A DNA stretch of 64,000 bases from Flexilinea sp. (GTDB lineage: Bacteria > Bacteroidota > Bacteroidia > Bacteroidales > UBA932), in NCBI GenBank assembly GCA_963589825.1, contig CAVAMP010000007.1, positions 26 through 64,025 on the forward strand, in the 5' to 3' direction. Shown here piece after piece: positions 24,801 through 33,561 of the stretch; the stretch's first letter is position 1, and every line of letters starts with the position of its first letter. Both the position numbers and the translations under genes were made by a program. Under the pieces are notes generated by a model. It was not told the DNA's origin. It saw only the letters and a list, made by a program, of their open reading frames with translations, and made no database searches.

Positions 24801-27420
24801 CGGAGAGTTTCAAAAGGGAATAGGTGAATTTTCTTTCAACGCTGTGAGGCTTGCCGTCGGAGGCGGTGTATTCAAGCGTCTTGGTAAATTCGACGCTGTA
24901 TAGCCCTGAGGAGAGGGCGGAGAAATCAAGGCTGAGAGTCTTTCCGCTGCCGACTTTCCCGCTTCTAAGAGCCTTTGCAGCGGATTTTGCCGAAATGGAA
25001 TTTTCACCGTTTGCAGTGGCGTCTTTTGCCTGAGCGCTTTCCCCGGAGACGTTCAAAGCTCCAGAGTAGAGCGTCCACCGGACGTCCCCGTCAAACTCCT
25101 TCCCGTTGTCGGAAAGACGGACGGCAAACGAAGCCGTCTCGCCCCGAAGGATTGCGCTCGCATTCCTTGAGGCCTGTATCCAATAGTGGAACCCAACTGC
25201 AGAATCGTCGTCCCCGAGGCTGAAGCTGCCCTCGGCCTTTTCAGAGAGTTCGGCCTCGACACAGAAATCTTCGCTGACCCTTATCCATTTTGAAAATTCG
25301 AGGCTCTGACCCGCTCCGTCGGTGATTTTGACGGTGACGGTGTACTGAGACCAGTCTGAGGAGGTGGCAACAGGAATGCTGAAGCGGCCCTCGTCGTTAA
25401 GAGAGAGAACCCCGCTCTGAAGGGTCTTGTCCCAACTTTTTACCGTGTACTCGGCAGAGGCGTCGCCGAGGCTGTTTCCGGCGTAACTTACAACCTGTCC
25501 GCCCACAGGGACGGTCTGCCCCGGGAAATATTTGACTCTGTCGGAGGAAAACTCCACGCTGAACTCGGGGAGGACGAACTCATCGAGAGTGAACCATTTG
25601 GCGTTGAGAGTCGATCCATTATATTCAATGCAGACCCGCCAGGTGCCGTTCCGGCGTCCTGAAGGGAGGGAAAATTCTCCTGCGAGGGAGCCGAACTCAT
25701 TTGTGGAAAGCACAAGCGTGCCGACCTCGTTCCCCTCCGCATCAAGAAGGCGTGCAGTAGCGCTCTGCCCCCCAGGGAGAGTTTCCATCCTCCCGGTGCG
25801 GAAGTCCTTGTAGAGAACTGCCTTGAAATGCAGAGTCTCGCCGGGGCGGTAGGCCGAGCGGTCGGTGAGAAGGAGTGCCTGAGCCGAAATCTTTTCAGTG
25901 GATGCGGAGGTGGAGTAGCTGTAAAGGCGGAGCGTTTCGGAGTTTCTTTCCAGGCCCTTGCTGTCAGAGAGAGAGCAGACAATGTTGCAGCGGCCCTTCG
26001 CCTCTGAAATTACTTTCTGAACCTCGGAGTCCAGAAGCGTCGCTCCACAGAGGTTTATGTCTTTTTCCAGCAGAGCCGTGCCGTTCCAGGAGGAGATGCT
26101 AAGATGAACCTTTCCCACAGGGCGTCCGCTCAGCCTCTCGGCCGCATAAAGAAGCCAGCCCTCGCTGCTGCGGTTCATCGAAAGCGCAAGACTGTGGCGG
26201 GAAAGGCAGCAACTCTGCTGTATCTTGTCCTTCCCGGTGAGCTTTTCAGCGGCGCTTGCCCCCGGGTTCTTTGCCGAAAAGACCGCAAGATATTCTCCGT
26301 CAGGGAGTTCGGGGAGGGTAGTGCGGAGAGTGTCTGGAGCATAGAAGCTGCGGGCCCCGTTCTCGAGAACCTTCGAGAAAACCGGAACATCCTTCTTCGT
26401 AAGTTTTTTTTCATCAAGGTCTTCGCCCTTATAGAGGGAAACTGTGACGCCCGGAAGGTTCCGTAGGCTCACGGTGATCTCGTTCCCCTTCACTTCGGCG
26501 CTGAGGCTGCTGCTCTCCAGAGTTTCAATCATATCCTTTGCCGCGTCCTCGCCCTCAAGAATGAGAGCCTCCTCGCCGCTATAGGCCTTCTGTTCCTTCA
26601 GAAGTGCCTCGCAAGAGGCTTTGAACTCGCGGTATTCTTCAGATTTCGCGCCTTTTGCCTCAAGAGCGGAAAAACGCGAGGAGAGTGAATATAATTTTGC
26701 AAGAGTGGCGGTTGCGCGGCCTTCATATTTTTTGATGTAGGCGGAGTAGTCAGAGCAGTAGCTCCGGGTGAGCACCCACAGCTCCTGCAGGGCAAGAACC
26801 GGATAACCCCCGTTGGAGGAGGAGGCGAAATTATTTTTCAAAAGAGCCTCTATCTTAGCGTAATCCTTTGAATTATAAAGACTTTCGCTCAGTGCCATTT
26901 TAAGAAGCAAGTAGTCGTAGTCGCAGCCAATATGCCCATGGAGCACCTGGCTCTTAAAGCCGACGGGGAGGTTTTCCCAGAAGTCCGTGCTGCGTGAACT
27001 GCGGAGTTTCTTCTCCCATTTTAAGAGAAACTCCTCTGCAGAAGAGGCGTCGTAGGGGGTGACACCGACGCCGGCAGAGAAGAGAATGACCGGGTCGCCG
27101 TAGGAAGTAAATTCCTCGTTCATCGCCGCGGTGAGGGAATCGCGAAGTTTCCAGTTGCGGCTGCTCTCCGCGCTCACTTCCCGGATGGAGGCGAGATAGT
27201 AGTCGTAGTTGAGGCCTTTTGCCCGTGCCTTGGTTTTCAGTTTCTTGAGAACGGAAACGGTCGTCTGGGGCAGGTCGCTTTCCACCGCCTTGTCGTATTC
27301 TTTCCAAAGGCGGTCAATTTCACTGCGGTTCACATTTGCGCCGGAGCAGGAAACTCCAAGTCCAGCCGAGAGCAGAAGGGTCAGTATGGTCATAGTCAAG
27401 GTTTTTATTTGTGTTGTCAT
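21874..27420 (-). CDS. Bacterial alpha-2-macroglobulin family lipoprotein
   Basis: Lipobox GVSC, TDRSAYRPGETLHFK, TNEFGS, VRQDFQTT, NSDGGFGWF, IESLYAPHY; 1848 aa. Confidence 0.88.
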   Translation of the reverse strand: MTTQIKTLTMTILTLLLSAGLGVSCSGANVNRSEIDRLWKEYDKAVESDLPQTTVSVLKKLKTKARAKGLNYDYYLASIREVSAESSRNWKLRDSLTAAMNEEFTSYGDPVILFSAGVGVTPYDASSAEEFLLKWEKKLRSSRSTDFWENLPVGFKSQVLHGHIGCDYDYLLLKMALSESLYNSKDYAKIEALLKNNFASSSNGGYPVLALQELWVLTRSYCSDYSAYIKKYEGRATATLAKLYSLSSRFSALEAKGAKSEEYREFKASCEALLKEQKAYSGEEALILEGEDAAKDMIETLESSSLSAEVKGNEITVSLRNLPGVTVSLYKGEDLDEKKLTKKDVPVFSKVLENGARSFYAPDTLRTTLPELPDGEYLAVFSAKNPGASAAEKLTGKDKIQQSCCLSRHSLALSMNRSSEGWLLYAAERLSGRPVGKVHLSISSWNGTALLEKDINLCGATLLDSEVQKVISEAKGRCNIVCSLSDSKGLERNSETLRLYSYSTSASTEKISAQALLLTDRSAYRPGETLHFKAVLYKDFRTGRMETLPGGQSATARLLDAEGNEVGTLVLSTNEFGSLAGEFSLPSGRRNGTWRVCIEYNGSTLNAKWFTLDEFVLPEFSVEFSSDRVKYFPGQTVPVGGQVVSYAGNSLGDASAEYTVKSWDKTLQSGVLSLNDEGRFSIPVATSSDWSQYTVTVKITDGAGQSLEFSKWIRVSEDFCVEAELSEKAEGSFSLGDDDSAVGFHYWIQASRNASAILRGETASFAVRLSDNGKEFDGDVRWTLYSGALNVSGESAQAKDATANGENSISAKSAAKALRSGKVGSGKTLSLDFSALSSGLYSVEFTKTLEYTASDGKPHSVERKFTYSLLKLSGSDTHLGAEVENVFKVIDSEGRIGVLFGAGRGALWANALLFDLNGHLLMNERVELDGVAGKSGSLRKLAWDYSSQWSDKVLLRIEYFKDGRYRSFDHEFARSESSYCLPLSVSTFSSSCLPGTQYTVRVSSQKASEILAAVFDKSSEDIRPNSWSAVRPQMRSINVSSETAEGCDFSSRAGYLNYGLASPIKARMSKSANIATASLMSEESADDMAVMNSSVALESAPASASGEEESAQGTVKVRQDFQTTLSFQPFVRTAEDGTAEVTFTTSDRLSTYILALFAHDKEFRNATSRSEFTVSQPVTITVHEPSLLYGGDRYAFRPSISNNSDKAVSGTLTVYIYDGDADLYNERAQAVLVQSCPLTLEAGKAVTKEFSIYAPEAENMQSYSRGKATLSFKAVFRGSDSKGTALSDALLVRVPVLEGKQRLTEAHSALYRDGMDKDALIENLKKQFVNTTAFGALQKEVSISEMLDEVLAGKSEISSKNVLNLSEVLYVRAVSGEGDTMECIDALLECRNSDGGFGWFSGMSSSAALTAVVLERLALLRSEGLLPRGADWVSVFHDAVQYIDAQMFTSRDRRHWYCGISTGEYLYLRSLFPGIAVDTDSLKTRVGKESYKKTLKEIKAYVQESGKNDAIASGQILEKARRSLAILNILSSSSDKFDSSLGLKCRKMKKTLSRSIETLKQYAVEHPSGGFYYPNAVMPFRALLSSEAYAHAMISNLFTQWNGYLASCGGKSDERAATIADGVRLWLMVQKENQKWEKNFEFVNAANAVRRGSQSLLQTTVISLSKTYEKPFEDIKAAGNGFSIERRFFVEELTPSTVKGENGVKTSARRELKTGETLKVGDKVIAVYSIRSDENRSLVHLRTPLNACLRPVRQLSGSYGYALLGWRVDSALEGCRAWWITPQGYREVHSGSIDYWFDVYPEENTTVEDTFYVSQAGVFTAPVSEIESLYAPHYRANAAYNGVITVTE

Positions 27421-27457
27421 AATTTATACATTTTTATCTATTAGTAGGGTCCGCTTT

Positions 27458-28855
27458 TTATTTGGCCCGTAAAGCCTCTGATACAACATAAGTACTCCCT
27501 CCTATATATATAAGAGGGCGGGCAAGTTCACGGGACAACTTTCGAGCCATCGCGACAGCTTCAGCAACATCCGGGCACACCAGAGCGTCCTCCGCAGGTC
27601 CCGAGAAAGCCTCCCGGGCCTTTTCTGCGGGCAGTGCGCGCGAACCCTTGGCGTTGGTGAAAATAACTTTCGCCCCCCGGGGGATCATCCTCACGACCGC
27701 CCCGTAGTCCTTGTCCGCAACGCTTCCGTAAACCATAATGAGCTGGTACCCCTCTTCCCGCATCATTCTTTCCAGCTGCGAGAAATTATACCTGAGTCCG
27801 TGCTCATTATGTCCTATGTCTATGATAGTGAGGGGCTTGTCCGAAATCTTCTCCCACCTGCCGTGAAATCCGGCCCTCTCGGCGGTGTGCTTGAGGGCGT
27901 CGAAAACGGCGGGACTAAGTGCATCCCCCTCCAATTCTTCATATTTCCTGAGCACGGAAAGAGCGGCAAGCGCGGTCCGAAGGTTTTTCCTCTGGTAGCA
28001 GCCCTGAAGGTCCATCGCTGAAAGGATGGTTTCAAAGTCGCCGGAGGAAATGCCGAGGCTCATCTCGTTTTCCCCCTCCTCATCCGTCCAAGCGAAATCC
28101 CTGTCGGCAAAAAAGAGTGGAGAGCCCGTCTCTGCGGCCTTTGCCCTGAACACCGGGGCGGTCTCGGGGGAACTTTCGCCCACTACGGCCGGAACTCCGC
28201 TTTTTATTATCCCTGCCTTCTCGCCCGCAATCTCGGGGAGAGTGTTTCCGAGAATGTTGCAGTGGTCAAGGCCGATGTTGGTGATGACGCTAAGAGACGG
28301 ACGGATTACATTAGTGCTGTCGAGCCGCCCGCCGAGCCCGGTCTCTATGACCGCGAAATCCACCCCCGCCTTGGCGAACCACCAGAAGGCCATCGAAGTG
28401 GTAATCTCAAAAAACGACAGCCCGAGTTCATCGAAAGTCGGCCACCACTTTGTGCAAAATTCCCACACATCTTCGCGTGGGATAAGCCGTACGGTGGTCG
28501 CCCCGGAGCCTTCACCGGAAGTTTCTTCCAAAGCGCCTGCAGCCCCCGCGCCCTCTATAACTCTTGCCCGCTCCCTGAAATCCAACAGGTGAGGGGAGGT
28601 GTAAAGGGCTGTGCGATAGCCCATTGCGGCAAGAGATGCGGCGAGCATATTGCAGACCGAACCTTTCCCGTTGGTGCCGGCAACGTGAATGGTGCGGAAT
28701 TTCGCGTGAGGAAAACCGAGCCGCGAGTCAAACTCTCTCATCGCCTCAAGTCCCGGGTGATACGCCACTCCGCCCACCGTCTGGTAGGAGGGGAAGCGAA
28801 CAAAAAGCCGCTCAATCAGAGCGTTATATTCTTTGTCACTGAATTTCGTTTCCAT
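27458..28855 (-). CDS. folC: Folylpolyglutamate/dihydrofolate synthase
   Basis: HVAGTNGKGS, YTSPHL, SFFEITT, ETGLGGRLDSTN, EKAGIIK, DIGHN. Confidence 0.95.
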   Translation of the reverse strand: METKFSDKEYNALIERLFVRFPSYQTVGGVAYHPGLEAMREFDSRLGFPHAKFRTIHVAGTNGKGSVCNMLAASLAAMGYRTALYTSPHLLDFRERARVIEGAGAAGALEETSGEGSGATTVRLIPREDVWEFCTKWWPTFDELGLSFFEITTSMAFWWFAKAGVDFAVIETGLGGRLDSTNVIRPSLSVITNIGLDHCNILGNTLPEIAGEKAGIIKSGVPAVVGESSPETAPVFRAKAAETGSPLFFADRDFAWTDEEGENEMSLGISSGDFETILSAMDLQGCYQRKNLRTALAALSVLRKYEELEGDALSPAVFDALKHTAERAGFHGRWEKISDKPLTIIDIGHNEHGLRYNFSQLERMMREEGYQLIMVYGSVADKDYGAVVRMIPRGAKVIFTNAKGSRALPAEKAREAFSGPAEDALVCPDVAEAVAMARKLSRELARPLIYIGGSTYVVSEALRAK

Positions 28856-28954
28856 AATAAATTCTCATCGTCGGGCACTCTCAATACGCCTCGACAACAG
28901 AACGCAAAATTAACAATTTAAACCGTATCTTGGTCCTGAAGTAAGAGACTTAAT

Positions 28955-28991
28955 AAAAAAGAAAAGAGGGTGACCCGAAAGTCATCCTCTT
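28955..28991 (-). terminator. Intrinsic terminator, GAGGRTGAC hairpin family
   Basis: AAGAGGGTGAC-CCGAAA-GTCATCCTCTT preceded by an A-tract (U-tract on the - strand). Confidence 0.7.
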
Positions 28992-29047
28992 AGTGCGTGG
29001 GAAAGAGGTTGAATAAAAAGATGAGATACAAGGCTCTCGACGAAGCC

Positions 29048-29149
29048 CAGGCGCTGGAGCGCCGTGCGGAGTCTTTGAAGGGGGAGGCTTGTGTTGATAG
29101 GGAAGATGGAGCACGACTTCCCCTACAGAGGGGACGGGAGGGGTGTATA
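29048..29149. repeat. Dispersed ~100-bp G-rich element, family B, copy 1
   Basis: Near-identical to 49124-49223, including ATAGGGAAGATGGAGCAC.ACTTCCCCTACAGAGGGGACGGGAGGGGTGTATA. Confidence 0.9.
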
Positions 29150-29195
29150 CAAAGGTGAGGATTTGGGAGAGGAGAACAACGCAGTAGATCGCTTT

Positions 29196-30536
29196 TTATT
29201 CGGCCTCTTTGACAATCTCAATAGTTGTAGTACTCTCAACACGATGCACGCCTCCGTCAGGCACCGACTTCAGCTTCCCGCTGCAGGCGATGTTGGACAT
29301 AGCGCGGTAGCGGATGTAGAGCATATCCTGAGTGTCGTGCTTGAGAGTATATTTGACAGAGATCGGAAGCTCAGTCGTTTTCTCCTGGGCGTGGGTGTAG
29401 CTGACGATGTGTCTCTGCCCGTCGGAATCGGCAACAGCTTTTGTCGTGACCTCTCCCATCGGCTCCCAGCCCTCTCCGTCGAGCACTTCGAGCGTCCAGT
29501 ATTTAAGTCCGCCGTTGCTTGCGTAGAACGCCGTGTTGAAATTCAGAACTGAACCTGCCGGATACGGGGTCTTTTCCAGATCCACGCTGAACAGCCAGCA
29601 GTCTTCCTCCTGACCTCCGGTGATGTTCGGACGGCCGAAAATGTCAAGTCTGCGGAGGATGTGTTTGTTCTTCTTCTCCTCGTCAGGGTCGTCGAACTTG
29701 GACTTGTCGGTGCTGACGTATGTGAGCATTCCGGCGCCCACGGTGGATGCGACATAATGTCCTCCGTCGCCCTCGGTGTATTCCACGTCCGATTTGTACA
29801 GGCCGCTTTCCGCATCTGTGTCGTTAGGCTCCTCTTTCCCGGTGAAAGTCGGGCCGTTAACTTCCGCTGTCCAGGCGTTGAATATCCATTTCACGAGCAT
29901 CTGCCCCTGGTCCTGCACATCGGTGACGATGACTAAGGTGCCGTGCTCGGCTGTGTAGAAAGCGTAACCGGTGACTTTGACCGTGTGCCCGTTGAGGTAT
30001 TTGAAATTGAATTTCCTTGCAGGATGGAAAGCTGAAACTACGGTGTTTCCGATTACTATCTCATAAACGCCCGGATACTCCTTGTCCGAGCCCACGACTC
30101 CGGTGAAGCACACAAGGGTAGAAACCCTGCTGGTGTAGTCGTCGATGCTTTCCGTTATGTCCACAGGCTCAGGGGCCACGTAGTCGCTCCTGACCACATT
30201 GGATGTGTCGGTCTTGGAGAGAATCCTGTAGCCGTCAACATAGCTCTTTATGCCCTTGAGCGTTGCTTTCTGCCCGATTTCGAGGTCGGCGTCAGTGCCG
30301 GCGAATCCTTTTCCGTCAGTTATGAATTTGAACTCTTTCGTTTCCGCAATTACGGTGGCGTTGAGAACGCAGAGGGTGTCTCCGTCCGGGGCTGCGCCGA
30401 TTTCGTCAAGAGTTATTTCCCTGGCATTCTCGTAGCGGTCAACCTCAGGAGCCGGAGAGACCGGGTTGTCCTTCTGGCAACCTGCGGATGCAAAAAGGGC
30501 AAGGAGAGCCGCTGCAATGGATAGTTTCTTATTCAC
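29196..30536 (-). CDS. Surface lipoprotein of unknown function, paralog 4 of the PUL-linked family
   Basis: Lipobox SAGC; shares DRYENA, DITE, DCWLF, KYWTLE, IRYRA and GGVHR motifs with its neighbours. Confidence 0.85.
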   Translation of the reverse strand: MNKKLSIAAALLALFASAGCQKDNPVSPAPEVDRYENAREITLDEIGAAPDGDTLCVLNATVIAETKEFKFITDGKGFAGTDADLEIGQKATLKGIKSYVDGYRILSKTDTSNVVRSDYVAPEPVDITESIDDYTSRVSTLVCFTGVVGSDKEYPGVYEIVIGNTVVSAFHPARKFNFKYLNGHTVKVTGYAFYTAEHGTLVIVTDVQDQGQMLVKWIFNAWTAEVNGPTFTGKEEPNDTDAESGLYKSDVEYTEGDGGHYVASTVGAGMLTYVSTDKSKFDDPDEEKKNKHILRRLDIFGRPNITGGQEEDCWLFSVDLEKTPYPAGSVLNFNTAFYASNGGLKYWTLEVLDGEGWEPMGEVTTKAVADSDGQRHIVSYTHAQEKTTELPISVKYTLKHDTQDMLYIRYRAMSNIACSGKLKSVPDGGVHRVESTTTIEIVKEAE

Positions 30537-30649
30537 TTCTTCGTGTCGTGTGTTGAGTGTGGATTAAAGATTTTAGCCAAAAATGGCAAACAAACTTACA
30601 AATGTATTGATTTTTCCCGAATTGGCAATTAATTATTTCGGGAAATCGG

Positions 30650-31939
30650 CTATTTGGTTGAGTATATGTCAATCTCGACGCCGTCAAGGCGGTGGGTTCC
30701 GCCGTCAGGAGTGTTCTTGACGTTGCCGTTGCAGGTTACATTCGCCCCCGCGCGGTATCTTATCTGAAGCGGAGTCCTGAGCGTTGAGCCGAGACGGTGA
30801 TCGGCTGCAAATTCCACAACCTTGCCTCCGAGCTGGATGCAGTTGTAGGTGAAGGTCTCGCCGTCGGCTTCGCTCGTCTGGGTCTTTCTCATCGGCACCC
30901 AGACTCCGTTTTCAAGGATTTCGAGCGCCCAGTATCTCATACTCCCGTCGGTCGCGCGGGCTTTCATCGTGAACGAAACTTCACTTCCTGCAGCGTACTC
31001 CTTTTTGAGAGGGACGGTGAAAAGCCAGTAGTCTCCCTTGTAAACTCCGGTCACCGTAGGTTTCCCCGAGGAGCCGATTTTGCGGAGGAACCAATTCTTC
31101 GTGTCAATTGCGGTCTTGTCAACGCTGACGTAGGTTATCCTCGCGTCCGATGTAGTGGCTTTTACATATTTCCCGTCGTCTCCTGCGGTCTTGACGTTGG
31201 CGGATGTATAGACATTTTTCTCGGACGGAGTCGTTGTGCCGGTGAAGGTAGGGCCGTCCGTGTCGCGGCTCTCCTCGCTGAATTTCCACTCTGCCACGGC
31301 GTCTCCCTTTCCGATGTCCTCGACAGCGGTAGCCACAATGTAGAGACCGTAGGTGACCGTGTAGAAGGTGTAGCCTGTGACTTTGACCTTGTGAGCGTTG
31401 AGGTCTGAGAAGCCCATCTCGCGGGTAGGGTGGAGGATGTGGACCGGGGTTTCGTCAACCGTCACGGTGACAATGTCGCCCTCCGGTCCTGCAATTCCGC
31501 TCAGACTGACATACTGCGGAGTCCAGTAGTTGAATTCGTCGATGCCTTCGGTGATGTCGGAAGGAAGAGAGGAGGGGTAGTCGCTGTCGGTTTCGTCGTA
31601 AACTTCGCTGTCAAGAATGATGACGTGGCCGGTGTAGACGCTCACATCGCCCCTTCTTCCCTTTATCGTCGCTTTCCTGCCCACGGCAATCTCGGCGTCG
31701 GTCACTCCGAAATCCTCTCCGTCCCAGATGAGGCGGTATTTGGATGAGGAAGCGACAACGTGAACGTTCCTGACGCAGATCGCTTCTCCTTCACTGAATC
31801 TTTCGATGTCTTCGAGAGTGGTTTCTTTCGCGTTTTCATAGCGGTCAGAGGGCTCCTTAGCCGGCGTGTGTTTGAGGTTGCATCCGGTTGAGGCCGCAAG
31901 GGCAAGGAGAACCGCAGCAACAGTCAGAACTTTTCTCAT
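30650..31939 (-). CDS. Surface lipoprotein of unknown function, paralog 3
   Basis: Lipobox STGC; DRYENA, GDYWLF, RYWALE, LQIRYRA; own promoter TTTG-N20-TATATTTG at 32002-32033 (-). Confidence 0.85.
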   Translation of the reverse strand: MRKVLTVAAVLLALAASTGCNLKHTPAKEPSDRYENAKETTLEDIERFSEGEAICVRNVHVVASSSKYRLIWDGEDFGVTDAEIAVGRKATIKGRRGDVSVYTGHVIILDSEVYDETDSDYPSSLPSDITEGIDEFNYWTPQYVSLSGIAGPEGDIVTVTVDETPVHILHPTREMGFSDLNAHKVKVTGYTFYTVTYGLYIVATAVEDIGKGDAVAEWKFSEESRDTDGPTFTGTTTPSEKNVYTSANVKTAGDDGKYVKATTSDARITYVSVDKTAIDTKNWFLRKIGSSGKPTVTGVYKGDYWLFTVPLKKEYAAGSEVSFTMKARATDGSMRYWALEILENGVWVPMRKTQTSEADGETFTYNCIQLGGKVVEFAADHRLGSTLRTPLQIRYRAGANVTCNGNVKNTPDGGTHRLDGVEIDIYSTK

Positions 31940-32054
31940 ATTTATGTAGTTTTCGAGTGTTATCTTTGGTTGCAGAACCCTCAGGAGGGGGCGCTGCTCT
32001 GCAAATATAACAATATAGTTTCATATATGCAAATTTAGGAGGTTAACTATATGC

Positions 32055-32089
32055 AAAAAGAGGATGACCCAGCCGGGTCACCCTCTTTT
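32055..32089 (-). terminator. Intrinsic terminator, GAGGRTGAC hairpin family
   Basis: AAAAGAGGATGACCC-AGCC-GGGTCACCCTCTTTT about 20 bp after the stop at 32110. Confidence 0.75.
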
Positions 32090-32109
32090 AATTGAGTCCT
32101 ATGCTCAGA

Positions 32110-33432
32110 TTATTTCTGCTCGTAGGTGATGTCGATGGTTGGACCGACATCGAGACGCTGCCAACCAGTTCCAAGACCAGTCTGATATGTGATGTTGGCC
32201 TTGTGGTTTGATGTTGACCTATACCTGATCTGGAGGCTCCCGCTGACTGCGGAAACTAAAGAATAGGTCGCTTCAATGGCGTCTGCCTTATCGTTGCTCT
32301 GGGCGAAATTGTATGTAACTTCTTCCGGATTGGCTCCATCTTTGTCAGTTATGGTTTCTGTTTTTGTACTTGACATCGGAACCCATTCGCCGCCATCATA
32401 GATCTCGAGAATCCAATATTTCATTCCGCCGCCGCTGGAATGAGTAGTGGCTTTGAATTCAATCTTTGAGCCGGCCGGATAACTCTTGTCAAGTGTTACA
32501 TTAAACAGCCAGTAGTCTCCCTTCCAACCGCCGATGGTATTTGGCTGACCGTTTGCCGTCAGTCTTCTTTGTGCGCCTGATCCTTTGGAGATAGCAATAT
32601 TAGTTTTGTCAACATTGACATATGTTATCCTTGCATTGCCCGTGCTGGCTGCGACGTATTTTCCTCCGTCTCCTTCTTTCAAATTTGCAGCAGTCTCTGC
32701 AAATGTCTCGTTGTATTCGTCCAACTTGTCAGCGGAGAACACCCACTCGGCAAGGCGCTCGGTGACTGGCGGAAGACCTTCGTCCTCGACTTTTGTCGCA
32801 ACGCCGATGAGGCCGATCTTGTCACGGCCGTCGTAAACGTATGCGGTGACTGTTACGTCGTGGCCCTTGAGGGATGCAAATCCGAGAGACTCAAGCGGAT
32901 GGATGAAGCGGACGCTCCTGTCTTCGCTCACTGCGAGGGTGATGATTTTGTCGCCGTCCTTTTCAACCGCTGTGACATTTCCGCTCACGGTGACAAGGGT
33001 AGGGGCCTCATTCGTGTAGGTGTCGATTCCCTCGGTGATGTCAACAGCCTCCGGAGCCTTGTAGTCGCTCTCGGTGACGTCATAGACGTCGCAGTCTGTG
33101 ATGGCTACGTAGTCGATATACTGTGAGAAGCCGCTGCGCACTCCCTTGATTGTGGCTTTCTTGCCAATCTGGAGGTCGGCGGTGGTGGCTCCGATGTCGG
33201 TGCCGTCGTGGATGATCTTGAAACTTGTAGTGGCTGCAATTACGTTCACGTTCTTGACGCAGACCTGTGTGCCTTCCTTGAGGGCGTCAATCTTGGCGAG
33301 AGTGGTCTCGACTGCGTCAGCGTAGCGGTCTGTCGGAGTCGGATCCACCGGAGTTGTCGGCTCGGTCTTCTGGCAGCCCACGCCTGCAATGAGGGCGAGA
33401 AGAGCTGCCGCGATGGTTAATGTTCTTTTCAT
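32110..33432 (-). CDS. Surface lipoprotein of unknown function, paralog 2
   Basis: Start MKRTL at 33432, lipobox GVGC; DRYADA, GDYWLF, KYWILE, LQIRYRS; TAACTTTG promoter element at 33506-33513 (-). Confidence 0.85.
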   Translation of the reverse strand: MKRTLTIAAALLALIAGVGCQKTEPTTPVDPTPTDRYADAVETTLAKIDALKEGTQVCVKNVNVIAATTSFKIIHDGTDIGATTADLQIGKKATIKGVRSGFSQYIDYVAITDCDVYDVTESDYKAPEAVDITEGIDTYTNEAPTLVTVSGNVTAVEKDGDKIITLAVSEDRSVRFIHPLESLGFASLKGHDVTVTAYVYDGRDKIGLIGVATKVEDEGLPPVTERLAEWVFSADKLDEYNETFAETAANLKEGDGGKYVAASTGNARITYVNVDKTNIAISKGSGAQRRLTANGQPNTIGGWKGDYWLFNVTLDKSYPAGSKIEFKATTHSSGGGMKYWILEIYDGGEWVPMSSTKTETITDKDGANPEEVTYNFAQSNDKADAIEATYSLVSAVSGSLQIRYRSTSNHKANITYQTGLGTGWQRLDVGPTIDITYEQK

Positions 33433-33561
33433 ATTTATGTGTGTTTTATTGTGTGTGTCCAGTTTTGCTGAAAGGAAAATCCTTTCTGAGAGGAAATCCA
33501 ACTTCCAAAGTTACTGTTTTTTTCTCTATCTGCAATCATCCTCGCAAGTTTTCCCCTGGTC

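Noticed and set aside
29091..29552. 153-aa plus-strand ORF, and the 49072-49257 ORF
   Set aside because: They start in or cross the family B repeat and run antisense to real genes
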